The notes: a model not told the origin generated them from the letters alone. DNA of 64,000 nucleotides from Octopus vulgaris (GCA_951406725.2 OX597834.1:31062001-31126000); one strand, 5' to 3'; counted from the stretch's first letter, positions 12,402-25,300 are shown. A program made the numbers and translations.

Positions 12402-14324
12402 TGTGTGTGTGTATGTATGTATGTACGTACGTACACTCATACACACGCACACAAAACCTGCCAGTTTTCATGTAAGGTCTTGTAGTGGTAATTATTGTTT
12501 AGTCCCAGCTCAGTGAATAGAGATCGAATCTTAGCAAAGGCAATCCAAAAATGATAATGATTTTTTTTTTCTTCTTTCGTTTGTATTCCTCGGACTACAT
12601 TATCCAATGTGTCCTTTCATCTCTCTCCGTTTCTTTAAAACTGTAATAATGCATGATTTGAAGGAGATTTTACTGAGATTTTCAATCAGGTCAAAGCGAC
12701 TGTGTAGTCGCCTCTGTCATGTTGTGTAGCTAGATTTGCAGTGTTTGTGTTTAATATCATTTTTGTGCATCTTTCTCGGTGTCTTGGAGTATTAAAAGCA
12801 CTGGGAATTACCAGGACTCTAAAAAAAAAAAAAAAATTAGTGAAATTTCTAAGGCAGAAGTGTTTCTGAATAGTTGTTCCTCAAATTCCCGTATTTCATG
12901 GGAAAAAAGGTAGTTTTTTTCCCCTCAGTTTCCAGAATCGTTAGCGCGCCGGACAAAATGCTTGGCGGTATGTCTTCCGGTTTTACGTTGTGAGTTCAGA
13001 TTCCGTCGAGGTTGAATTTGTCTTTCATCCTTTCGGGATCAATGAAATATATACCAATTAAACATAGGGATCAATCTAATCCATACACCCTCCTCAAATT
13101 TCAGGCCTTGTGCCTATAATAAGAAGGATTATTAGAGTATTGGGTGGGGGTGAAGGCTCTGGAGTATTTTTTTCTGGTTCTTTACGTTCTCAGTTCAAGA
13201 CCCATCGAGGTCAACTTTGCCTTTCATTCCTCCGAGATCGGTATAATAAAAGTACCAGTCAAATGTTGCGATCGATCTTACCTCCCCTCAAATTTTTGCG
13301 AGCCTTGTGTCTAAACTAGAAATCCTTAGTATTATTATTTAGTATTCCCGAATTTCATTCACCGGAAATTACTATTCTAAAGAATCCCCCCCCCCACACA
13401 CACACAATTCTTCTTTCTTCGCAAAGGTGCCAAATAGAACCTTGGCGCGATTTGAACTCAAAACTTCAAGAACCGGAACAGATGCTTGCAAAGCCATTTT
13501 ATCCGGCGCTCTAACGGTTCTGCCATAGTAATCGCTTTTGTATTTCATACAACTGCGACGGATGAAGGAATATTTAGTGCGTACAGCCGGTATGGGTTCC
13601 CATAAAATCACTTGTGAGAAAACACACACATAAAACAACAGTAAAATAAAAGGAAATGAAATTAAAACCCCCCCATTAGGGGGCAGCAGGATTGGAGCCA
13701 ACCCAGGAAGTTTGCAGTTCGTGTATGAAAGATACGGGAATATTGTCAACGTCGTATGGCAGTTGAGCATAGTGGATGGACCAAATTATCGGAAGGGTTA
13801 CAATTTGTTATTGCACCGCTTTCTGTAAGTCTATATAAGTGGTTTATAATTTTCCGGTGTCGTTGGTACTATCGCTAGAGTCAGTTGTTGCTGTTGATTA
13901 TCCCCAGGTCAGCCCCTCTCCCCTCCGTCCTATTAGTAAAAAGAATAAAATTCTAGCCGTGCCAGTTCCGTCTGTTTTGCGAGTATCTAGGTCTGCATTT
14001 TCTTGCGTATCTTTCCACCTCATCTTTCTTACCACAACCATTATCATCATCTCCGTCATCATCAACATCGTTTTAACATGCTTCATCCACGTAAGCTTAG
14101 GTGATTCTTTAACTCCAGGTCAGCTGCAATCAAGTGAGACCTACGGCAATTCATTATCATCCTTTTTTTTTTTTTTTTTGACATATATCTAGGATTACAT
14201 CAAATGTGTCCTTACCTTTTTTTTTTAAAAAAGTAAAAGACTTGGCTGCTATTTCTAGCAGTTTGAGCAACTCTTTGGAGACTTCATCTTTAACTTGTTG
14301 GGAGTGTGCATATAAGTATATATA

Positions 14325-14727
14325 TTCTTTTATTTGTTTTAGTCATTTTCACTGCGGCCATGCTGGAGCACCGCCTTTAGTCGAACAAATCGACCTTGGG
14401 ATTTATTCTTTGTAAGCTTAATACTTATTCTATAAGTCTCTTTTGCTGAACCGCTAAGTTACGGGGACGTAAATACACCAACATCGGTTGTCAAGGTGGG
14501 GGACAAAGACAGGCACACACACACACACACGCACACATATATATATATACATACACACATGTATATACGACGGGCTTTTTTCAGTTTCCATCTACCAAAT
14601 CCACTCACAAGGCTTTGGCCCAAGGCTGTAGCATAAGACACTTGCCCAAGGTGCTACGCAGTGGGACTGAACCTGGAACCATGCAGTTGGTAAGCATTCT
14701 ACTTACCACATAGCCACTCTTGCACCA
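14325..14727 (-). mobile_element. tRNA-derived SINE family B
   Basis: Head GAGTGGCTATGTGGTAAG..GGTTCAGTCCC, core CCTTGGGCAAGTGTCTT..GCCTTGTGAGTGGATTTGGTAGA. Related copies at 29190-29585, 37025-37400, 41835-42085, 47970-48290, 59440-59720 and 63065-63420. Confidence 0.8.
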
Positions 14728-14729
14728 TA

Positions 14730-15112
14730 TCTCTCTATATATAAACGGCAGTTTGTCTGTCTGCGTGTCTGTGTGTCTGTTAGGTTGTACCCTCACCCTG
14801 ACCACGGCTTTCAACCGATTCTGATGAAACTTGACACACACATAGCCCAATGTCATAATTCAAAACTAATGCAGCGAAAATTTTGAAAAGTTCCCCCAGT
14901 TCTGAAAAAAATCGATAAATTCGACATGGGGTCGAGAATCAGAAACACAAACCACAGACTGTCTAGGTGATGCAACTCGACCTTTTTAACTCTCAAAAAA
15001 ATTTACCATCATTTCTTTTCCATTTTTTTGCTATTTTTTGGCTATAACTCTCTAAAAATGCTTTATAGTTATTTCCCTTACAAACCCGAGCAACGCCGGG
15101 CGATACTGCTAG
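14730..15112 (+). mobile_element. Non-autonomous Helitron inserted at A|T
   Basis: Starts A|TCTCTCTATATATAAA, ends with hairpin plus CTAG|T. The opposite arm of the palindrome shows the empty site with no TSD. Confidence 0.9.
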
Positions 15113-15190
15113 TATATATATAAAAGAAGAAAAAGAAAATGGAGATTGGAAAGATAATGATTGTTTATTATTTATAGCAAATTAATCATC

Positions 15191-15280
15191 TTTCCTTACA
15201 GCTGTTTCAATTAATACTTAATGAATACCAAGTAAATATTAAATTTATATGACCTGGGTGTACTATCTTCAGAGTGGGAA
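15191..15280 (-). ncRNA. Degenerate hammerhead motif, left arm of palindrome
   Basis: CTGAAGA-TAGTAC..GTATTA-ATT-GAAA-CAGCTG-TA-AGGAAA. Core and palindromic stem III intact; stems I and II imperfect. Confidence 0.5.
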
Positions 15281-15372
15281 AAAAAATATACCCTTGGGTG
15301 TTTTATATGTGTTTATGGATTCAGTCTGCTATAATGAATCCATAAACACATATAAAACATCCAAGGGTATAT

Positions 15373-15466
15373 TTTTCCCCCTCTCTGAAGATATTACACC
15401 CAGGTCATATAAATTTAATATTTACTTAGTATTCATTGAGTATTCATTGAAACAGCTGTAAGGAAA
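15373..15466 (+). ncRNA. Degenerate hammerhead motif, right arm of palindrome
   Basis: CTGAAGA (15385-91), 57 nt, GAAA (15449-52), CAGCTG-TA-AGGAAA. Stems I and II eroded. Confidence 0.5.
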
Positions 15467-15547
15467 GATGATTAATTTGCTATAAATAATAAACAATTAT
15501 TATCTTTCCAATCTCCATTTTCTTTTTCTTCTTTTATATATATATAT

Positions 15548-15823
15548 GGTGCAAGAGTGGCTATGTGGTAAGTAGAATGCTTACCAACTGCATGGTTCCA
15601 GGTTCAGTCCCACCGCCTAGCACCTTGGGCAAGTGTCTTATGCTACAGCCTTGGGCCAAAGCCTTGTGAGTGGATTTGGTAGATGGAAACTGAAAAAAGC
15701 CCGTCGTATATACATGTGTGTATGTATATATATATATGTGTGTGTGTGTGTGCCTGTCTTTGTCCCCCGCCTTGACAACCGATGTTGGTGTATTTACGTC
15801 CCCGTAACTTAGCGGTTCAGCAA
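15548..15823 (+). mobile_element. Partial SINE family B copy produced by inverted duplication of 14443-14727
   Basis: Shares private variants with the 14.5 kb copy (GTAGAATGCTTACC, GTGTCTTATGCTACAG) not seen in the other family B copies examined. Confidence 0.85.
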
Positions 15824-16244
15824 TCTTTCCAATCTCCATTTTCTTCATCTTCCTATATATATATATAAGACCACCTCGGATCTTATATGTGAAATTGGAC
15901 TTGTTATAAGCTAAACCATTTTAACCCACTGAACATGCACTGTTGAAATTGGGGTACGTCTTATATAGCTGTATGTCTTGTTTACCATCAAATATGGTAT
16001 ATAAAATAGAACCATTTTTTTTTCAATATTTATAATTTTTACTCTATTAAATTTTTTACTACTTTTAATTAGGGCAACCGGAAAAGAAAGCTAATTTTGT
16101 ACACCCTTTTATTCATTAAAAAGGAAAATCTGTGGGTCTTCGATTTAGCTGTACCTTCTGCACTATGATAGTATAAACCCTCCGTTAACCCATATCCCAC
16201 GGGGCTCAAAGCACGTGGTTATTTAGCTTAAGGGTTAATATAGT

Positions 16245-16620
16245 CCTGGGTATAGTTTGGTAGTAATGTGTTGAGATTGTAGTTAGTTGTATGGATTAGG
16301 TGCAAGTATAATAGTGTCTGTAGTAGTTTGCAGTGATATAGTTTGGTTTTAGTATTATGGTGTGATTCTAGTCAGTGAAGTGGTTTTGATGGTGGTAGCT
16401 GTATAGTGTAGTATTATTGCAGCGAATGGTATAGTCGTGTAATGTGATTGTATTCAGTGATACGGTTTGGGTGCTAGTATAGTGTAATGTAACTGTAGCC
16501 AGTTTGGTGGTGTGATGTGATAGTACCGTGCGAGTTGTGAGTGAAATAGTTTTGGTGGTGGTAGTAGCATTGTATTTGTAGTCAGTGGTATAGTTTTGGT
16601 GGTGTGGTTAGTGTGTGCTA
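16245..16620. repeat. Degenerate G/T-rich minisatellite
   Basis: Recurrent TGTAGTCAGTG(A/G)TATAGTTT(T)GGT-like motif with strong strand skew. Confidence 0.6.
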
Positions 16621-16868
16621 AATGTGTGAGATCCTCATGACTAAAAGCAACATGGAGTCTGCTGCCAGTTGTAAACACACTAAACTCACTTTGTACCATT
16701 AAGTAGGGGAGAGAGAGAAAGAGTGAGAGAGAGAGAGTATGTGTGTGTGTTTCTTTTTTCCTCTTCCTCGCCTTACACATCACTCCCTTTTGCTTCTTGT
16801 CTCTCTATCTTACACATCTGAGAGAAATCTCTTACTGTGTCTAGAAATATGTTGTCTGTCTGTCTATG

Positions 16869-16943
<75 letters not shown>

Positions 16944-16955
16944 TTGTCTGCCTAT

Positions 16956-16993
<38 letters not shown>

Positions 16994-17010
16994 GTCTGTC
17001 TGTCTGTCTA

Positions 17011-17065
<55 letters not shown>

Positions 17066-17145
17066 GCCTATCTATCTATCTATCTAAGTTATAACCACAA
17101 CACACATTTTATAACTACATCCAGTTTTACAACCGCCCCTCCCCC

Positions 17146-17180
<35 letters not shown>

Positions 17181-17519
17181 ATTATCTATCTTATACATAT
17201 ATATATCCAGTTATCTATCATACACACACATACACACACTTTACTACATTACACAACACGCCACTCACGCAACCATCTCCTTCCCCTCCAACACAATCTC
17301 ACAACTGTACAGCTATGCGCGCACACGCATACGCACGCCACCATCACCGCCGCCACCACCACCACCACCACCATCATAGTTACAAGTCGTTGTTGCTTTT
17401 TTCTCCAACAACCACAGCATCTGCTAATTCCTTCGTAGCAAAAAAGCTTCATATTTCCCTACTGACAAAAACCTTCTCTCTCTCTTCCAATACCCTTCAA
17501 CACCCCCATCTCCCAGCTG

Positions 17520-17885
17520 ATGTGTTTTCTTTTGAGGTTCCTTCTTCTCCTCCTCCTCTTCCCCCCTTCTTCATCCGTTTTTTTTTTTTCTCCTCTTCTT
17601 TTTCTTTTTCTTCCTTTTCTTTTTCATCTTCTTCCTTCCTTCCTCCTTCATAGTTTCTTTCTTCGTTCGTTTTTCTGTTTTTTTTAATTCTCTTGTTCTC
17701 TGCATTTTTCTGTTTTTTTTCTTCTTCTTCTTTCTCGTTGTTGCTCTTCTTCTTCCCCTTCTTCTTCTTCTTCTTCTTCCCCTTCTTCTTCTTCTTCTTC
17801 TTCTTCTTCTTCTTCTTCTTCCTTCTTCTTCTTCTTCTTCTTCTTCTTCTTCTTCTTCTACCACCACCACCACTTCTCCTCCTCA
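17520..17885. repeat. Polypyrimidine/(CTT)n tract
   Basis: Read directly. Explains the poly-K/R/E/F ORFs at 17497-18064. Confidence 0.9.
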
Positions 17886-18929
17886 TCCCACCTCTATCTC
17901 TTACGTCTTTTCTCTACAAAAACCTCCTTTCTGACCCACTCCTGTTATTATTAAATTCACTGCTCCCCCGTCCGTCCGTCCGTCTTCTGTGTCACTGCAA
18001 CTGGTTCTTTCTTATTCTGGCATCTTACACTTTGCCGTTACAGAAAATCCTTGCGCTTTCATAATCTTCTTTTAAATAACCCCCTTTTTTTCCCCCCATA
18101 TATATATATATATGTTTGATTATTGTTTTAAAGATCGCTGGGTGTTTAAGCGCAAAGAAGGCCGCCCTACCCTCACGTTACAGATTCATCGCATTCTACC
18201 AAACTAGCCCTTTAGAATATTAGCTACGTTGAGTATGTATGTGTTATAACTAAATGTGCCTATAGTTGGAGTGTGACTCTGTGTGTGTGTATACTTATTT
18301 ATTTATTTATTTATTCATATACACACACACATAAGGCGGTAACGCGAAACTCTTGGTGATCAAGGGGTGTATAATGTTTTAAATTCTGTTGTTAATTCCG
18401 CGATTGAAATAAAATACCAATCATGCACTAGGGTCGATTAAATCGAATAACCCGACTTCTCCCTCGAATTTCTGGCATTGTACCTTTTGTAAGACACAAT
18501 TACCAATTTTACTCGAGTACTTTTCCCCCGTTTTGTATTAAACACACAACACGCACATACACATATGTCATTGCAACGTGGTTGGCAACACACGAAACTC
18601 TTGGCCCCCGAGTCACTAACTTATGCCGATTATTAATAAGGACCTCTATTTACTCATGTTTTTGAGTTCTATTTTCATGTTTGCATCACCATATACACAC
18701 ACACACACGCACGCGCGTTTATACATCAGACATTATCGCAATCGAGGAGGCCTGTATATAATATGGTTGCTCGGTTTGCTAGAAATAGGTGTCAAATCTC
18801 TCCCCGATCACGTCTATTTCTTGTCTTTGAAAAAACACAAGGAAAGAAGGCCACAAATCGAACACGTATGTAAAATAACTACAAGTGCAACAATACACCT
18901 ACAATCTATCTTTCTCTCTCTCTCTCTCG

Positions 18930-18972
<43 letters not shown>

Positions 18973-20168
18973 TACACACATGTGTATATTTTGTGTGTCT
19001 GATAACGTAAAGTGGGTTGAATATGGTCGTAATGTTTTTTCGAGGTTGGATCCATTTTGATCAAGCGATTCTGACTGACGTGGACGACCGGGTCATTCTA
19101 GCGTGGATGGTTTGGTTATTCTGACGGAGCCACGACGCGGCGGCTATCTATCTATCTATCTATCTATCTATATATATATATACATATAGATATGGACCGG
19201 GCCAACTGACTTCCATTTTTAACCTTTTGCCTGTCCTGCTTATGACATGTGATACCCAGGACATATTATCCCTGGCATCCATGTATCATCATATAAAGGG
19301 CCGTCTTAAGACATGAGCACACTGGGCTGTTGTCTGGAAGCCTCACGGATTTAGGGGCCCAATTCTGATCTATGTATCCTGTCAATCAATAAACACTATA
19401 TCGCCCAGTGCATTGATTTCCTTGGGGGGCGTATGATGCTGCTAAGATGTCTCTCATCGTATATGAGACATGCTTCCCAATTATTTTTTTTTCAACCACC
19501 GGATTAATTTGGGACTTAAAAAGGGAAAGCTTCATTTTACTAAGAACATATGAAGCAAGGCCTAACTAAAAGACTGAAAACAATCACGGACGTTTAGGAC
19601 AAGCTTATGGAAATGTTTTGACGGGCAAAGAGTTAAGCTACCCCCTAATTCATTGTTTGCCATTCATTTCGCAAGGGCCATTCTGGCTGCTACGAGGAAA
19701 TTTTCAATAACACTGCTGTTGCTACGGACCGAAAACAATACTCCTTCGGGTTTTCTCATCCCACTAACCCCGCTCCTTGCCTCGCCCTTTACTCTAGGGG
19801 GTCAATTCTTTGAATTACGTAGGAATCAGCTTGTAGCACAGCAGCTTCTTCGGATGTCGTTCGTTAAACGTGTGGTGTAAAAAACTCAAAATAAATTAGT
19901 AGTAATAGTAATGATAATGATCGTCGTCATCATCATAATATTTACTGTTGTTATTCTTGCTTGTCAGTTTGTTTATCTGCGTATTTGTTATAACTTTCTG
20001 CCTCTGACCTTTGCGGCTAATAATAATAATAATAATAATAATAGTAATAACAACAACGATGATGATTTTTTTTTATCAGCCACAGGGGTATAGATACGGG
20101 AAAGGAAAGGGCAAAGACGGTGAAATACATAATATACAATAATAATGATGGCAGTAGTAGTAGTAGTA

Positions 20169-20213
<45 letters not shown>

Positions 20214-21645
20214 TTTCTAAAGTGAGGGCCAACGATTTAGGGTGAATTGGTGCTTTCTGCTGATTTCTAACATAAACACAAACCCTCCTCTGCAGGTTTA
20301 GGACATAGAAAAAAGGTGGCGGGGACTCTGGCAAATTGAATCGATTCAGTTACAGCAGCATTGATATTTATTTTATTGACACCGGAAGCAGCAGAAAAAA
20401 AAAAATAATAAAAGGTAAAGAATGACTCCGGCGGCATTTGAGCTTAGAAGGAAAATAAATACGGTCGTTTGTACTTAGGTCCCGAGGTGAAAACCCCGTC
20501 CAGTGTCGAGTTGACCTTTCATGTATACCAAGGGGTCAATACACTTAAAGCGCCCCGGCATTTAATGCTGGTCGTGGCTCGATGTTGTAGACTTAATAAG
20601 TTAGTTTTTTTGTCTTCTAAAATTCATGACTTGTGGCTTCGCGTCGAGCGAGCGAGCTTGGCAGAATTATTAGAACGAAATGCTTAGCGGCATTTCTTCT
20701 TGCTTTAGGTTCTGAGTTCGAATCCCCCCCAGGTCGACTTTTGCTTTTCGTCCTTTCCGGGTCTATTAAGTAAGAACCAGTTGAGCATTGGCGGGGTCGA
20801 TGTAATCCACTAGTCACCTCCCCGCAAATTTCATACCTTGCACCTACCTATACTAAAAGCCATTATTTGTTAATCTCTGACACTGTCGAGTGTTGAACGG
20901 AATAAAATGCATCGTTTTTTGGGGGTTTTTTTCTCCCACTTTTTTTTTAAAAAAAGATTACGTTCGGCTTTCGAATCCCGCTACAGGCAACTTTATCGTC
21001 TTTCTAAATGTCGACATCGACTTTACAAAGTACCAAGTCAATAGGTCAACCACTGGTATCGATACAATCAATATATCTGTCATATTCACAAGCTTCTGCC
21101 TGTGTGTTTAAGGACTGTAAACCTACCAACACCGTTTCTCTATTCTTTCCCCCTTTTTTCCTTTTTGTAATTTGCCCTTACATGTGTCCTTGTTCAACAC
21201 CCTTGTGGCAAAAACCAAAAAAAGTTGTAGTAGTAGTAGTAGTAGTAGTAGTAATGATGATGATAGTGATGGTGGTGGTGGTGGTAATATTATATAAGAA
21301 AGGTTTTATCTGAGCTTATATATATATATATATTTTGTTCATAGCTTTGCTTAGGCTAAGCCAAGCTAGTTATCTGCTTGTCAGCATGTCGGTTGTGTCA
21401 GTCAGTCAGTCAGTCTAATATGTACAAACACACACACACACACACACACACGTGCGTATGCATTATATACGTTTTGATAATGATCGGTGTTCGGCTGTAT
21501 ATCTGTGTTTAGATATTTAATCCTCGACGTTGACGTTGATACAACACAGAGGATATACAATGAATTCGCATGGTGGTTCCACGTAACGTATCAACTAAGC
21601 AGGCGTCGTCGTGCGTTCAATTCATACACGGTATTCGCTTTCCAC

Positions 21646-21880
21646 AAGGCGGCGAGCTTGGCAGAAACGTTAGCACGCCGGGCGAAATGCTTAGCGGCAT
21701 TTCGTCTGCCGTTGCGTTGTGAGTTCAAATTCCGCCGAGGTCGACTTTGCCTTTGATCCTTTAGGGGGTCGATACATTAAGTGCCAGTTACGCACTGGAG
21801 TCGATATAATCGACTTAATACCTATGTCTGTCTTTGTTTGTCCCCTCTGTGGTTAGCCCCTTGTGGGTAGTAAAGAAATA
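21646..21880 (+). mobile_element. Young SINE family A (Nin-like core) with 16-bp TSD
   Basis: AAGGCGGCGAGC..GAGTTCAAATTCCGCCGAGGTCGACTTTGCCTTT..CCCCTTGTGGGTAGTAAAGAAATA. TSD GGTATTCGCTTT(C/T)CAC at 21630-45 and 21881-96. Confidence 0.9.
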
Positions 21881-22299
21881 GGTATTCGCTTTTCACACAC
21901 ACCCACACGCTTTATAATAAATGCCTTAGTTTTAAATATCTATCTGTGTGTGTATCTTTGTGTGTTGGAAGAAAGTTAGCTTCAAGCGATCAGTAGTAAA
22001 AATAAGAAACAACTTTCAGAGACAAATGTGGTTTATTGAGACGGAAGGTTGTGGATGTTTTTCATATCGAAGTTCCATGAACTAAAAAAAGTTCTTTTTA
22101 TATTTCACGGTAGGCGACCCGGGTTGCATAGCGAGCGGAACCTCAGAACTGGTAAATATCCAAGCGAAGTGTATACGGCAGGTTACTCTTCAGGCCAAGG
22201 GTATCTTGATTAAATGAAAGTTCACATTGCCATAAGGAGGTACATGTTAACACATGGAAGGTTATACATGTTTAAAGAATGTTAGATATGGCCGGTTCA

Positions 22300-22349
22300 T
22301 AGGGTTACCCAAGGTTTCGCGTCCATAAAGCGCATCGCGTCAGACCCTA
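22300..22349 (-). ncRNA. Type I hammerhead variant embedded in a ~41-bp hairpin
   Basis: Minus strand TAGGGT-CTGA(CGC)GA-T-GCG-CTTTATGGA-CGC-GAAA-CC-TTG-GG-TA-ACCCTA. 6-bp stem I, 3-bp stem II, GUA triplet. Confidence 0.65.
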
Positions 22350-25300
22350 ATGGGCAACTCTATGAACCGGTCATAACTAAACATTCTCTAAATACCCTTA
22401 CTGGTCTATAACTTAGAGTGTGCTTCTCTTTCGGATTTATGATTTACTAACAATACGCACACACACATAAACACACACACACCTCGTTAAAAAGAAAGTT
22501 TCTTGGACTTCCTCCCTCACTCCAGTTTACGATTTGGTGGTATATAAAGTTAGTAGGCAGCCTCTTACACCATCCCCTTATTCTCTCTCTCTCTCACACG
22601 CATAATCATCCCCGCCTTATATATACTGTACACACACATATCCACTACTACCATCATCATCATATCATCAGTCGTAATCTTTATATTAATGCACTTGAAG
22701 TTGGCAAACTGAAAGCTGTTGAATCAGCATCGCTGCTGCTACCATCCCCATCATTTTTACTCTTGTGCGCCAACAAGGGAGCCCTCTTTGATGCAGTTAC
22801 TCAACCCTGTAAGAACAGAGTAAAATTTCTTATCAAATGACACCCTGTTGTCTTAAGACAAAAAGGATATGTTTGACAAGGTTTAAGAAAGAAAAAACTT
22901 TAATGTGAGTCTAAACAAAAACGCTTTAATCTAGACACACAGATAAAGATGGTTAACTACAAACTTTGGAAATATTTCATAAGATTCAATAAATATATTT
23001 CTTTAATAATCATAAATGGTAAAAGATTTATCAAATTTTTAACCCTTTAGTGTTCAGATTATTCAATCAAACATAATGCCTATTGATTCCCATTGATTTG
23101 AATTAATCATGCATTATCTCATATCTTCAAGATCTTGATGGTGTAATTACCTAATGTAGAATAACATTGTAGGGTAGGTGTGAGAGCCTGGATCTGGTCA
23201 GTTTGAACATAAAACAGATTAGCTATTTTGGCCTGATCTTATTATGCTTGTATGCGTGCGTTTGCACATCATCATCATCATCATCATTTGAACTTTCACT
23301 TTTCTATGCTTGCATGGATCAGACAGTGTACTGAGGTAGATTTCCTATGCCTGGATGCCCTTCCTGTCACCAACCCTCACCTCTTTCCAAGCAAGGTAAT
23401 ATTTCCCCACGGCCAGACATGTTTTCGCAGCATACTGGAAATGAACGACCCTGCTTGTATGACAGTGACACTCATTTACAACTATCACATGATGTCAAGA
23501 CACATGTATAAACAATAGGCTTCATTCAGTTTCCCTTCTACCAAATCCAATCACAAGACTTTAGCTGGGTTGCTGCTATAGATGAAGACATTTACCCAAG
23601 GTGGTACACTGTGACTGAACTCAAAACATCATGGTTGGGAAGCAAGCTTCTTAACCACAAGTCCACCTGCACCTGTCTATGTGTATCTACTTGTCTAAAT
23701 ATATATACATACACACATATATATACACACATGCACATGCCTGTCTATGGATATGTTTATATATGTGTGTGTATATACATGTGTGTGTTGTATATATATA
23801 TATATGTATGTGTATATATATATATGTGTATGTATGTATTAATCAGTATCTTGGTCATCTTATTGAAAACCAATGATGCTGGGACTATATGTATTGATAA
23901 TATTGATTTATCTAGGACCTCAAGTTTCACCTTTAACGGCTGATTGAATAAGCCATTAAAGGTGAAACTATAGGTGTGTGTGTGTTTGTATTGATGTGAT
24001 AAGAATTTATAAACTTGGAGAACGTGAAATAATTCTTTTTTTTTTTTGGAACAGTGAATCTTGATGCAGATAAAACTATAAATAATATGGGAGGTGACAT
24101 GTGGGATGGAGGGTCGCTGAAGAGGACACAGGTGTGTGACAAAAGATTTCCAGATAATGGACATAGAATAAGAACAATAATAAGCAAGTGAAGAACTAAT
24201 ATATAGTCTGTGTTTTTATTTGGCACCGAAATGCAACGGTACTACTATGGAAATATTGGTTTAAAAAGAGAAACATTGCGATACTAAAAGTCAAAGACTG
24301 TTTTCAACTTTTTAGCCCATTCCAAAGGGTTTCTTAACCCATTCCAAAAACGAATTATATCCGTGTGTGTGTTCTCATTCTCTTTTTAATTTATAATAAA
24401 TTTTGACCAGCCTCCTACTTGGTAGCCAGGCTGTGAAGGAAAGTATCTTGTTTTAACCATCATCCTTCTGCCAAAATTAATGCTTTTCCATCCACATTGT
24501 TTTGAACTAATCATGCATCATCTTGTAGCTATGAGATTTTGATGAGGTAGCTGTTAATTTTTAAAACGATATTGTAGGGTTGGTCTGAGAGACCAGATCT
24601 GGCCAGTTTGAACATAAAACAAGCAGAATAGTTTTGGCCGGATATGGCCGGTTTAAATGCTAAAGGGTTAAATTTTAAGGTTTTGCAGATATTTATTTTC
24701 CATGCTATGGTGGTCATTTGTATTGTAATGAATTAAGGGTTTGTGTTCTTTCCCAAAGATCCTAAGTTCAGCCATACCCCAGACAGGTTGCAATGTAACC
24801 TGTTGCTCCAATAGGTATGAAATTGTGTTTCTTGGGTTCTGGATTTGCAAATTCCTTATCAATGGTTCATAGATGTTCTCTTTCTCTTGTAATTTTCTAA
24901 ACACTTTGGTGTCCCGAGGGCAGCTGATTTCCACAACGTGTGCACATACGTATGTATATTGTTAATATCGTAAGAATTTAGAAAGTTTGAGAGTTATGGA
25001 TTAAATCATTTCCAAAGTAGATGATGCTATAAATAATAGCTGTTATTATGAGCTATAACGAGTGAGCCCTCTAAGCAGTTCATCAACCCAGTAAAAACAG
25101 CAGCCAAATGTCTGTCAAATCACATGCCCTGTTGTTTAACAAAAAAAGTAAGAAAAATAAGATTTATTCCATACGCATGTATGTGAATAGTCCTCATTTT
25201 ACATCCCAAGTTGTAAACCAGTGGTTCCCAACCTAGGATCCACGGGCCCCTGGTGGTCCTTTGCGTGATAATATTACGCTGTTGGTTGTTGGTGATTTTA

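Larger units (their letters stand above)
14443..15823. repeat. Large inverted duplication (~490 bp arms excluding the Helitron; 11-nt loop at 15324-15334)
   Basis: 15114-15323 is the near-perfect reverse complement of 15335-15545, and 14443-14729 mirrors 15546-15823. Confidence 0.92.

Noticed and set aside
14821-14890. CTGATGA..GAAA inside the Helitron
   Set aside because: No stem I, II or III pairing, so not a hammerhead.
22095-22200. Minus-strand CTGAAGA..GAAATATA near the hairpin ribozyme
   Set aside because: No convincing stem I or stem II pairing.
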